A DNA stretch of 64,000 nt from contig CABQQR010000002.1 of the NCBI GenBank assembly GCA_902466395.1, positions 110,184 through 174,183 of the forward strand, written 5' to 3'. The notes beneath the pieces are model-generated. The model was not told the origin of the DNA and did not search any database. It saw nothing but the letters and a program-made list of their open reading frames with translations. Positions 22,166 to 30,482 of the stretch are shown piece by piece; position 1 is the stretch's first letter; the number at the start of each line of letters is the position of its first letter. The stretch comes from an uncultured Collinsella sp. (GTDB lineage: Bacteria > Actinomycetota > Coriobacteriia > Coriobacteriales > Coriobacteriaceae). A program made the position numbers and the translations under genes.

Positions 22166-22432
22166 TTAGAACGAGAGGTTGTCGTCCGTGTTGGCGGCTT
22201 CGCCGTCGGCGAGCACGTCGTTGCCGTCGACGTCCTTAAGGAGCACCGAGACCTTCTGCTCGGCATCGGACAGGCGGGTGCGCAGGCTCTTGAGGAGCTC
22301 GACGCCGCGGGTGTAGCTCTCGAGCGACTCCTCGAGCTCCATATCGCCCGACTCCAGGCTGCGGATGATGAGCTCCAGCTCCTGCGAGGCCTGCTTGTAC
22401 GTAAGCTGCTCGACCGGGGTCTTCTCTGCCAT
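22166..22432 (-). CDS. xseB: Exodeoxyribonuclease VII small subunit
   Basis: MAEKTPVEQLTYKQASQELELIIRSLESGDMELEESLESYTRGVELLK is XseB-like, 88 aa, directly downstream of xseA. Confidence 0.85.
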   Translation of the reverse strand: MAEKTPVEQLTYKQASQELELIIRSLESGDMELEESLESYTRGVELLKSLRTRLSDAEQKVSVLLKDVDGNDVLADGEAANTDDNLSF

Positions 22433-22474
22433 ATCTGTTTCCTTTCCTAAGGGTCTATCACTGCGAAACGCGGT

Positions 22475-23953
22475 CTACTCGACCGTATCGACCGTTGCTG
22501 CCACGTTGCCGTCTGCCATGCGCACGCGAATGGCGTCGCCAGGCTTAAAGGTCTTGGCACTCGTAGCCACACCATCATCGCTGTACGCGATGGAATAGCC
22601 GCGAGCAAGCACTTTGAGCGGCGACAGGGCATCGAGCGACGCTGCCGCACGGCTCAGGTCGGACGCTGGCTTGCTGAGCATCGTGCGCCCTTGATGCTCT
22701 AGGCGGGAACTCGCAAGCGTGAGCGCATGGCGCTTACCATCGAGCCCCGAGGTGCTTGTAATCAGACGCTCGGGCAAGCGCTCAAAGTTGGAGCGGAATG
22801 TCCCGACCGAGCGTACTATGGCGCCCGACAGGCGATCGGCAGTCAGCGCAAGCTCCGATTCGCGACGCTCGACCATAAATGTGGGGTCGTTGAGGCACGG
22901 GCGACACGCAGCGGCATCGAGCGCATCACCCAAGCGAGCCGTATAGGTATCCCAGGCACGGCGACCGCGCTGATCGAGCATCTCCAGGTCGACCTGGGCC
23001 GACCCAATCATCGATGCCATCGCGGCACCCAGACGCTGATGGCGCGCCTCGAGCACATCGGCCAACTCCGTCATAGCCGGCGCCACCGATTCTGCCGCCG
23101 CCGTGGGCGTGGAGGCGCGTCGGTCGCTCACCATGTCGCAAATCGAGGTATCGGGCTCATGGCCAATGCCGGTCACCACGGGCACAGGACAAGCCGCCAC
23201 CGCGCGGGCAAGCTCCTCGTCATTAAAGGTCATGAGGTCCTCAAAGGAGCCGCCGCCGCGCACCAGCAAAATACAGTCGGGCGCCGGCGTAATGGAAGCG
23301 GCGCGGCGCAAGCCATCAATGAGCTCGGCCGGCGCACCCTCGCCTTGAACCTTGGCGCCCACGCAGACAAGCTCGACGAGCGGGTTGCGACGGCGCAGCG
23401 TACGCTTGACGTCGTCGATTACCGCACCGGAAAGCGAGGTGACGACCACCACGCGTGAGCAAAACACCGGGATGCGGCGTTTGCGGGACTCGTCCATCAG
23501 TCCCTCGCGGCGTAGCTTTTCGGCCAACTGCGCCACCTGTTGACGCAGCAGACCCTCCCCCGCCAGCGAAAACGAGCGAGCGACAAAGCTCATGCGGCCC
23601 GTGGCCTTATAGAGATTGAAGCTGCCCTTAAAGCTCACCTGCATGCCGTCACGCAGATCGAAGGTACGCTTGAGATAGGCGCCCTTCCAGATGATGCAGT
23701 CGACGGCGGCCGAGTCGTCTTTAATCTGGAAGTAGCAGTGGCCGCTTCGGGCATTGGGACCACGGAAACCCGTGACCTCGCCCAGGACACTCAGCTGCGG
23801 AATGGCATCGAGCGCACCGGCGGCGATCTCTACCGCCTGGCTCACGCTGAGCTCCTTACGCTCCTGCTCGTCCGAACCGTCGAACTCGGCGGAAACGGCA
23901 TTGCCGGTTAGATTCCAGCCTGCCACGCAGCCTCCTTTCGTCATCGTGCACAA
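22475..23953 (-). CDS. xseA: Exodeoxyribonuclease VII large subunit
   Basis: OB-fold N-terminus ...VLGEVTGFRGPNARSGHCYFQIKD..., with full-length XseA architecture. The exact start is uncertain (ATG at 23953 or 23944, or a GTG after an AAAGGAGG RBS). Confidence 0.85.
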   Translation of the reverse strand: MCTMTKGGCVAGWNLTGNAVSAEFDGSDEQERKELSVSQAVEIAAGALDAIPQLSVLGEVTGFRGPNARSGHCYFQIKDDSAAVDCIIWKGAYLKRTFDLRDGMQVSFKGSFNLYKATGRMSFVARSFSLAGEGLLRQQVAQLAEKLRREGLMDESRKRRIPVFCSRVVVVTSLSGAVIDDVKRTLRRRNPLVELVCVGAKVQGEGAPAELIDGLRRAASITPAPDCILLVRGGGSFEDLMTFNDEELARAVAACPVPVVTGIGHEPDTSICDMVSDRRASTPTAAAESVAPAMTELADVLEARHQRLGAAMASMIGSAQVDLEMLDQRGRRAWDTYTARLGDALDAAACRPCLNDPTFMVERRESELALTADRLSGAIVRSVGTFRSNFERLPERLITSTSGLDGKRHALTLASSRLEHQGRTMLSKPASDLSRAAASLDALSPLKVLARGYSIAYSDDGVATSAKTFKPGDAIRVRMADGNVAATVDTVE

Positions 23954-24041
23954 GGGCTTCGGCCCTGCGCAAATTCAAGTCCAACACATAGTACAGCGCC
24001 GCGAGGACACGAATCCCCGCGGCGCCCAGCGACCCAATTTG

Positions 24042-24746
24042 TTATCGGTTGGAGTTTCTGTTGTATCGAGCCATAAGATAGAGCAGCTGAATAATCGAGG
24101 TGAGCGCCGCAGCCACATAGGTAAGCGCGGCGGCCGTCAGCACCTTCTTGGCACCGTTGACCTGCTGGGAGCTCATACCCGACTGCTCAATATACGCCAC
24201 GGCGCGCCGACTAGCATCAATCTCGACCGGTAGCGTAACCAGTTGGAACAGCACGCTAAACGAGAAGAAGATCAGTGCGAGGGTCGTGAGTCCCGCGATG
24301 TTCATAAACAGGCCCATGAGCAGCACGATGGTCCAAGTGTTCTGGGTAAAGTTGACGACCGGCACGAGGGCGGTGCGTACCTTCATCATGGCATAGCCGC
24401 TTTGACGCTGCGCGGCATGGCCTGCCTCGTGACAAGCGACAGCAACGCTTGCGACCGAGCCGCCCGAACGGTTGGAATCCGACAGATACAGATTGTTGTC
24501 CTGCGGGTTGTAGTGGTCGGTAAGCTCACCAGCGACGCCCTTGATACCCACGGCATTGCAGCCGTTGGCGTCGAGCATGCGGCGAGCGACCGTGGCGCCC
24601 GTGTCGCCGTCCGAGCGAACCTTGGACCACGTCTTGTACGTCGAATTGATATAGCTCTGCGCGGCAAGGCCAAGCACCGTGCAGACAAGCACAACCAGCA
24701 GGTACAGCGGGTCGATACCAAAGCCGTATCCATAGTAATAGGGCAT
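24042..24746 (-). CDS. Membrane zinc metallopeptidase (putative neutral Zn protease, YugP-like)
   Basis: HEAGHA (HExxH) motif, with flanking TM segments at the N- and C-termini. Confidence 0.7.
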   Translation of the reverse strand: MPYYYGYGFGIDPLYLLVVLVCTVLGLAAQSYINSTYKTWSKVRSDGDTGATVARRMLDANGCNAVGIKGVAGELTDHYNPQDNNLYLSDSNRSGGSVASVAVACHEAGHAAQRQSGYAMMKVRTALVPVVNFTQNTWTIVLLMGLFMNIAGLTTLALIFFSFSVLFQLVTLPVEIDASRRAVAYIEQSGMSSQQVNGAKKVLTAAALTYVAAALTSIIQLLYLMARYNRNSNR

Positions 24747-24810
24747 GCGAATTCCTCCGAGTCGAGTTACACGTTGGAGGCATTTTACCCACTCAACCGG
24801 CTAGGCTTCC

Positions 24811-25944
24811 TTACAGCAATTCAATTTTGCCATCTTTGACCGTCAACCCCATATTGCCGGAAAGCAGATCGTCCAGGCGCGAGCCCACAAGCTCAAAGCG
24901 CCAACCTTCGCGCAGGCGGCTCTGCTCGGGATGCTCAATGTAGTCGGCCAGGTCATCGCGCGAGGCAATGACCGAGGTCGCAACGCCTGAGCGCTCGGCA
25001 ACCAGGCGGATAAGCGCATACATAAGGTCAGTCACGCTCTCCAGCTCCGGCGAGATCTGACGGTGCCCGCGCACCATGAGCGGCAGGCGATCGTACGGGC
25101 AGCTCGCGCCGCGCTTGATGGCCATGAGCGCGCCGTCCACATCGCGCTCCCCCAACTGGTCGGTACCGCGAATGCTACGGAACTCCTCAACGCGCACGGG
25201 ATTGCGCTTAACGAGCGCAAGCAGCGTGTCGTCGGACATGACCCACTTGCGCGGGATGTTACGGCGCTCGGCGCGGTCCTCGCGCCAGGCGGCGAGCTCG
25301 CGCGCGATGCCCAACTGGTGACGGCTGCACGAATTGATGCGTTTGACCTTACGGAACGCCTCGTGGCGATCGGCGCGATAGTGCGACTCGTCAGCCAGCG
25401 GGCGCAGCTCGTCGAGCACCCAGTCCACGCGGCCCAGCTCGCGCAGGCGGCTCATCATCTCGGTATAGGCGACGATCAGGTACTTGACGTCATCGATCGC
25501 GTACTCGATCTGTTTGTCGGTCAGCGGGCGACGCGACCAGTCGGTCAGCGACTCGGTCTTGGGCAGCGAGACGCCGCAAAACGTCTGCACGAGCGCACCG
25601 TAGGAAATCTGCTGGCGTTCGCCCAAAAAGGCGGCGGCCACCTGCGTGTCAAAAATCGGACGCGGCAGCACGCCTACGGTATGAAGCATAACCTCCATAT
25701 CCTGCGAGCAGGCGTGGAAGACTTTGGTCACGCTCTCGTCGGCCATAAGCTCGGCCAACGGCGACAGGTCGTCGATCACCAGAGGGTCGACCGCGACGCT
25801 CTCGGCAGGGGTGGCAATCTGAACCAAACACAGGCGCGGATGGAACGTGCGCTCGCGCAAAAACTCGGTATCGACGGCAATCGCGTCAAACTCACGGGCG
25901 CGCTGGCAAAAGTCGAGTAGAGCCTGATGTGTGGAAATGTACAT
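24811..25944 (-). CDS. rnd: Ribonuclease D
   Basis: DEDDy 3'-5' exonuclease motifs (AVDTEF..., ...HACSQDMEVM...) plus an HRDC-like C-terminal domain. ATG at 25944. Confidence 0.85.
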   Translation of the reverse strand: MYISTHQALLDFCQRAREFDAIAVDTEFLRERTFHPRLCLVQIATPAESVAVDPLVIDDLSPLAELMADESVTKVFHACSQDMEVMLHTVGVLPRPIFDTQVAAAFLGERQQISYGALVQTFCGVSLPKTESLTDWSRRPLTDKQIEYAIDDVKYLIVAYTEMMSRLRELGRVDWVLDELRPLADESHYRADRHEAFRKVKRINSCSRHQLGIARELAAWREDRAERRNIPRKWVMSDDTLLALVKRNPVRVEEFRSIRGTDQLGERDVDGALMAIKRGASCPYDRLPLMVRGHRQISPELESVTDLMYALIRLVAERSGVATSVIASRDDLADYIEHPEQSRLREGWRFELVGSRLDDLLSGNMGLTVKDGKIELL

Positions 25945-26042
25945 ATCAACCCATCGAATAAGGTTAGGCCCGAAAAACACGGGTAGGATAACGGCATTGT
26001 CTTACAACTATACTCGGTTAGTCACAGAACGGGAACGTAAGT

Positions 26043-26960
26043 ATGCGCTGCCTTATCATCCACAACCCGGCATCGGGCCCCAGCTCAGATGAAATCTACG
26101 CATTCACGCACGCCCTCGCGCAGGGCGGCGACGAGGTCGTGATGCGTTTTATCGGCGATGGCATGGAACCCGAGGACGCCGTGGCAGACGTGCGCGAGTT
26201 TGATCGCGTGGTGATTTCGGGCGGCGACGGCACCGTCTCCAACGTGCTCGACCAGATGCGCGGATGCGGCGTCCCCACGCTCGTCTTCCCCTCCGGCACG
26301 GCCTGCCTGTTCTTCAACAACATCGGCAATGCCCCTGAGGCGGCGGCGCTTGCCAAGGCTTGCCGCGCCGGTCGCACGGTCAAAGTGGACATGGGCGAGC
26401 TCTTTTGGCTCGACGAGAACGGCAGAGAGAAGCGCCACGGCTTTATCATCATCGCCGGCTCGGGCTTCGACGCCGAGATCATGATGAAGGCCGCTCCCAC
26501 CAAAAACGACATCGGCGAGATCGCCTACTTCCTCTCCGCTCTCGCCACGCCCAACCCCACGGTGGCGCACTTTACCATTGAGCACGACGGCATTGTCGAG
26601 GAGCTCGACGGCATCTGCTGCATGGCGGGCAATACCTCGGTCATTCAAAACGACATCAACCTGTTCCCCGACTGCCGCATGAACGATGGCATGGTCGATA
26701 TTGCGGTCATCGAACCCGTGCGCACCGTTCAGCTGCTGCCTACTGTGATCACCGCTGCGCTTGACCCCGCCGGTAAGGTACTCGGGCGCCCACAGTTCAA
26801 GATCATCCAGACCAAGGAAGCCAAGATCACCTGCACCCCGTCACTGGGCATGCAGTTCGATGGCGAGATTATCTCCAGCAATTCGGGCGTCTTTGGAGCC
26901 CGCGCGCTTCCGCAATGCCTCGACCTCATCGTCGACGAATTCTCCCCGCTCGGAAAATAG
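26043..26960 (+). CDS. Diacylglycerol-kinase-family lipid kinase (YegS/DagK-like)
   Basis: MRCLIIHNPASG...VVISGGDGTVSNV shows the DAGK catalytic-domain motifs. Confidence 0.8.
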   Translation: MRCLIIHNPASGPSSDEIYAFTHALAQGGDEVVMRFIGDGMEPEDAVADVREFDRVVISGGDGTVSNVLDQMRGCGVPTLVFPSGTACLFFNNIGNAPEAAALAKACRAGRTVKVDMGELFWLDENGREKRHGFIIIAGSGFDAEIMMKAAPTKNDIGEIAYFLSALATPNPTVAHFTIEHDGIVEELDGICCMAGNTSVIQNDINLFPDCRMNDGMVDIAVIEPVRTVQLLPTVITAALDPAGKVLGRPQFKIIQTKEAKITCTPSLGMQFDGEIISSNSGVFGARALPQCLDLIVDEFSPLGK

Positions 26961-26969
26961 GAGGACCCT

Positions 26970-27062
26970 ATGAACGACAATCCCCTGATCGGCTTTATTG
27001 TCATCGTCTTGGCCATGCTCGTCGGTTACGCCATCAACGTGATTCACCGCCGAAAGAAGTAA
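26970..27062 (+). CDS. Small hydrophobic peptide (30 aa), MNDNPLIGFIVIVLAMLVGYAINVIHRRKK
   Basis: Not in the ORF track because it is under 60 aa. It has a strong AGGAGG RBS 7 nt before the ATG, immediately after the lipid kinase stop, and a single TM helix with a basic tail. A terminator hairpin follows it. Confidence 0.45.
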   Translation: MNDNPLIGFIVIVLAMLVGYAINVIHRRKK

Positions 27063-27098
27063 ATCCACATTGGTATGATATTCATCCAGTTATCGCCT

Positions 27099-27145
27099 CT
27101 CCCGCTGTTTATGCATTCGTCAAACAGCGGGGGATTTTCATTTCG
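27099..27145 (+). terminator. Rho-independent terminator after the small peptide gene
   Basis: Stem cccgctgttt / aaacagcggg, followed by ggattttcattt. Confidence 0.5.
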
Positions 27146-27368
27146 GGCATTCCCAGCTACTTTATTCGTCTACAGTAATTGCAGGGCGTCTTTATTAAAG
27201 TAAAGCTACAAACTGAGTACAATTAACCGCTCATCGCATATTTCATCACGCTTATCGAGTAGGTTTCTTTCATAGATGAATATTGTTTCCAATTCGTTAC
27301 GCTAATGGGGTGTCTTTATTGGCTGAAGCCCTCTGGCGACAGAGGGCTTTCGCACGCTGGGAGGGAAA

Positions 27369-29297
27369 ATGAGGAAAACTCACCCCGTCAACGCGCTCAA
27401 GAAGCTAGGCATAGGCCTCGCCTTTGGAGCTGCAACCATCATGTCCATGCCGACCTCTGCGCTCGCCTGCACGCAGATGTACATGGGCAAAGACCTAACA
27501 GCCGACGGCAACACGTACTACGGCCGCGCCGAGGACTTTGGCAAGCGCTATCTCAAGCACTTCGGCATCGAACCCTCACATGGTCCCGGCCATATCTACG
27601 GCTCAGACGAGTCCGAATTCGCATACACCTCGCCCAATACCACGTATCGCTATAGTTACGTGCGCGACCATCCTTCGCAGTGGCACGGACGCTGGGATGC
27701 CTACTCCGAAGCGGGCATCAATGAGAAAGGTGTATCCTGCTCCGCCACGCTGACCACATACATGAATGCAGACGCTAAGGCGGCTGATCCCCTTACCGAC
27801 ACTGGCATTGGCGAGTATAGCTACGGCAGCGTCATCTTGGGCGAAAGCGCTACGGCACGTGAGGGTGTCGAGCTCCTCGGCAAAATCATCGACGAGCAGG
27901 GCGCCTGCGGCAACGATCAGCTCATCATCGCCGATAACAACGAGACCTGGCTGTTCGCCGCGCTTTCCGGCCACCAGTGGATAGCCATGAAGCTCACCGA
28001 TGACGTCGCGTCGCTCAACCCCAACATCGGCAACCTCAACTACAAGGTCAATCTCAACGACGGTGCAAACTGCCTCCACTCCGAGGGCATCGAGTCCATG
28101 CCCGTGGAAAAGGGCTTTGCTAAGTACTTTGACGATGGCCAGTTCGACGTTGCCCAGACCTATGGTGAAGAAATTAGCGAAAAGGCCATGCATTCTTGGA
28201 CACGCTATGTCCAGGGCCGTGCCTACTTCGACGCACCGCTTGCCGAGGGCACCGACTATGAAATCAAAAAGGACACCAGTAAAAAACCGCGCGCTAAAGT
28301 TGGCGCTATGGTAAATGAAATGCAGCCGCTATTCTTCCAGCCCGGTAAGTCCAACTGGAACACCTTTGAGATGATTCGCGCGTTTGGCAACCGTGGCGAG
28401 AAGGTTCCCGGCCTCAACGCAAACACCGACGGCGCCTACGCCATCGGCACCGAAACCAACACCGAGATCAACCTCTTCCAGATTCGTCGCGGCCTTGATC
28501 CCGAAGTCGCTACCATCCAGTGGGAGATGCTCTCCCGCGCCGCGTACTCCGTCGCCATCCCCTTCTACTCCGCTCTGATGACTGAGGTCAGCCCGTACTT
28601 CAGCGATCAGACCGTCTCCTTCGATCACTGCGATGAGGCAGACATCGTAAACAACGAGGAGCCGGAGAACTCCATCAACTACGTCCTCATGGACATCAGC
28701 ACTCTCTGCTTTGAAAACCCTGACACCCTTGGCGTCGGTGTCCGCGCCTACCTCGACGCGCTCCAGAATGAGCTCATCGAGCAGAACAAGGAAGTTGACG
28801 CCGCCATGCTGGCCGAAACGACCACCGAGGGCCGCACCGCCCTGGCCAACAAGGCCGGCAATGCTGCTACCGAGAACACCTACAAGAAGTGCAAGGCTCT
28901 GCTCCAGGAGATGCGCGCCTATCAGAAGGCAGGAAACTTTGACCAGCCCTTCACCCCGAGCGACCTGAATACCGAGACCAACGGCCTCAAGGAGTCCATC
29001 ACCTACGCCAAGGACGCCCTTGCCACCGACCCGGTCACCCCGGATCAGCCCGGCACTCCCGAGCAGCCCGGTACCCCCGAGCAGCCCGCTAAGCCCGAGC
29101 AGCCCACCACCAAGCCCGAGAAGCCTGGCAAGTCGGACACCACGACCACGGTAACCACCAACAAGACGAACACCAAGGGCGGCCTGCCCACCACCGGTGA
29201 TCGTTTTGATGGCCGCGTGGTGGCTGCATTCGCCATCACTGGCGTTGCCGTCATCTCCGCGGGCGGTTACTTCCTCTACCGTCGCAATAAGGAGTAA
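27369..29297 (+). CDS. Secreted C69-family dipeptidase with a C-terminal LPXTG cell-wall sorting signal
   Basis: A signal peptide is followed by the Cys nucleophile of the C69/Ntn fold (LACTQMYMGKD). A PEQPGTPEQPAKPEQP linker repeat comes next, then LPTTG plus a hydrophobic stretch and an RRNKE tail. Confidence 0.8.
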   Translation: MRKTHPVNALKKLGIGLAFGAATIMSMPTSALACTQMYMGKDLTADGNTYYGRAEDFGKRYLKHFGIEPSHGPGHIYGSDESEFAYTSPNTTYRYSYVRDHPSQWHGRWDAYSEAGINEKGVSCSATLTTYMNADAKAADPLTDTGIGEYSYGSVILGESATAREGVELLGKIIDEQGACGNDQLIIADNNETWLFAALSGHQWIAMKLTDDVASLNPNIGNLNYKVNLNDGANCLHSEGIESMPVEKGFAKYFDDGQFDVAQTYGEEISEKAMHSWTRYVQGRAYFDAPLAEGTDYEIKKDTSKKPRAKVGAMVNEMQPLFFQPGKSNWNTFEMIRAFGNRGEKVPGLNANTDGAYAIGTETNTEINLFQIRRGLDPEVATIQWEMLSRAAYSVAIPFYSALMTEVSPYFSDQTVSFDHCDEADIVNNEEPENSINYVLMDISTLCFENPDTLGVGVRAYLDALQNELIEQNKEVDAAMLAETTTEGRTALANKAGNAATENTYKKCKALLQEMRAYQKAGNFDQPFTPSDLNTETNGLKESITYAKDALATDPVTPDQPGTPEQPGTPEQPAKPEQPTTKPEKPGKSDTTTTVTTNKTNTKGGLPTTGDRFDGRVVAAFAITGVAVISAGGYFLYRRNKE

Positions 29298-29304
29298 CGT
29301 CTTA

Positions 29305-29356
29305 GCTGAGCGGGCAAGGCAGCAATGGCAGCCTCGCCCGCTCAGCCCGCTCTTTT
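29305..29356 (+). terminator. Rho-independent terminator of the dipeptidase gene
   Basis: Stem gctgagcgggc / gcccgctcagc, followed by ccgctctttt. Confidence 0.65.
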
Positions 29357-29377
29357 GACCGGCGGGAAACCCGCCTG

Positions 29378-29430
29378 AAATCTTTTTAAAAAAGATTTCC
29401 CCGCACACACTTCGCTGTGCTATAGTGCAG
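29378..29430 (+). promoter_or_regulatory. Candidate promoter/operator: near-perfect 21-bp AT palindrome followed by an extended -10 box (TGcTATAGT)
   Basis: aaatctttttaaaaaagattt at 29378-29398, with tgctatagt at 29418-29426. It lies about 60 nt upstream of the leader peptide RBS. Confidence 0.35.
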
Positions 29431-29484
29431 CGCAACAGCAACTAGGTGCGACCGCGCCACGGCATCACGAAAGGAGCCACCAAC

Positions 29485-29553
29485 ATGAAGAACACGATGA
29501 AGTCTCTCAACAACTGGTGGTGGCGTGATGCGAATACGATCGGTCGACAGTGA
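29485..29553 (+). CDS. Trp-rich regulatory leader peptide (22 aa), MKNTMKSLNNWWWRDANTIGRQ
   Basis: AAAGGAG RBS 8 nt before the ATG. There are three consecutive TGG codons at 29515-29523. It sits in the 5' leader of the ECF S-component gene and resembles trp attenuator leaders (E. coli TrpL ...KGWWRTS). Confidence 0.6.
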   Translation: MKNTMKSLNNWWWRDANTIGRQ

Positions 29554-29590
29554 GTCCCTCACGCCTGTTTTTGCGCTCTAGGTGATTGGA

Positions 29591-29622
29591 AGGCCTCCGG
29601 TTTCGACCGGGGGCCTTTTTCT
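29591..29622 (+). terminator. Attenuator-like intrinsic terminator between the leader peptide and the transporter gene
   Basis: aggcctccgg tttcga ccgggggcct followed by ttttt. It lies 38 nt after the leader stop codon and 76 nt before the S-component start. Confidence 0.5.
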
Positions 29623-29697
29623 ATCTCGAGCCCGATCGCATTCGCATCACGCGCCTCCGCTTTTCTCTTGCACTCCCATTCCGAAAGGATTTTCACC

Positions 29698-30270
29698 ATG
29701 TCTCAGAACACCACCGCCGCCCAACCCCGCACCGTCCAGACCGCCGACCGCGGCAAACTCGATGTCCGCGCCCTCGTCCTGCTCGCCATCCTGCTCGCCG
29801 CCGGCTTCATCCTCAACTTCACCGTCGGCAAGGCCATCTCGGGCATCTCGGGCGGCATGATCAGCCCCGAGTTTATCATCTCGGCCTTCTGCCTCACCAT
29901 CCTGGTCATTCGCCCCAACATCGGCCAGGCGCTCGTCATTGGCCTCATCTCGGCTGCCGTGATCCAGATCACCACCACTTCGCCGTTCGTCGATTTTGCC
30001 GCCGAGGGCATCGCCGCCATGCTCATGGCCGGCATCGTCAACGCCGCCGGCAAGAACGGTCAGGTCAAGCCCGCGATCGCCATTGTCGCAACCTTCCTGA
30101 CCACCTTTGTCTCCGGCGTCATCTTCATGGTCATCAAGATGGCCATGCTCGGCGTGGTGGGCGAGCTCGCCGCCGCTATGCTGCCCGTCGTCGCCATGAC
30201 CGCCGTCTTTAACGCCATTCTGGTCGGTGCCCTCTACTTGCCCATCCAGAAGGCCCTTAGGCTCAATTAA
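29698..30270 (+). CDS. ECF transporter substrate-specific (S) component, TrpP-like (putative tryptophan)
   Basis: About 190-aa polytopic membrane protein with Gly-rich TM helices, immediately upstream of the ECF A1A2 and T genes. The Trp assignment is inferred from the Trp-codon leader peptide and general resemblance to the TrpP family. Confidence 0.65.
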   Translation: MSQNTTAAQPRTVQTADRGKLDVRALVLLAILLAAGFILNFTVGKAISGISGGMISPEFIISAFCLTILVIRPNIGQALVIGLISAAVIQITTTSPFVDFAAEGIAAMLMAGIVNAAGKNGQVKPAIAIVATFLTTFVSGVIFMVIKMAMLGVVGELAAAMLPVVAMTAVFNAILVGALYLPIQKALRLN

Positions 30271-30482
30271 CCCGCTCGGCTTTACGAGCCACCCCATCTT
30301 GGCGTTCATTCGTCGCTCGCGTACCCAAGTACGCTTCGCTCCTCTTTCGCGCCAACCTGGGGCCCCTCGTAAAGCCGTCTCCGCACTCCACCAACAAAGA
30401 CTGTCCCAAACAACTAGCTCTTGGGGACGTTCTTAAACGACCAGTCATTAAAGAACGTCCCCAATGACTATGAAAGGTATCC

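Noticed and set aside
28329-29441. 370-aa minus-strand ORF
   Set aside because: Antisense to the C69 dipeptidase gene. Gly/Leu/Val-rich low complexity.
29430-29700. T-box riboswitch as an alternative explanation for the transporter leader
   Set aside because: There is no specifier loop or T-box consensus (AATTAGGGTGGNACCGCG). The short ORF with WWW codons plus a terminator fits peptide-mediated attenuation much better.
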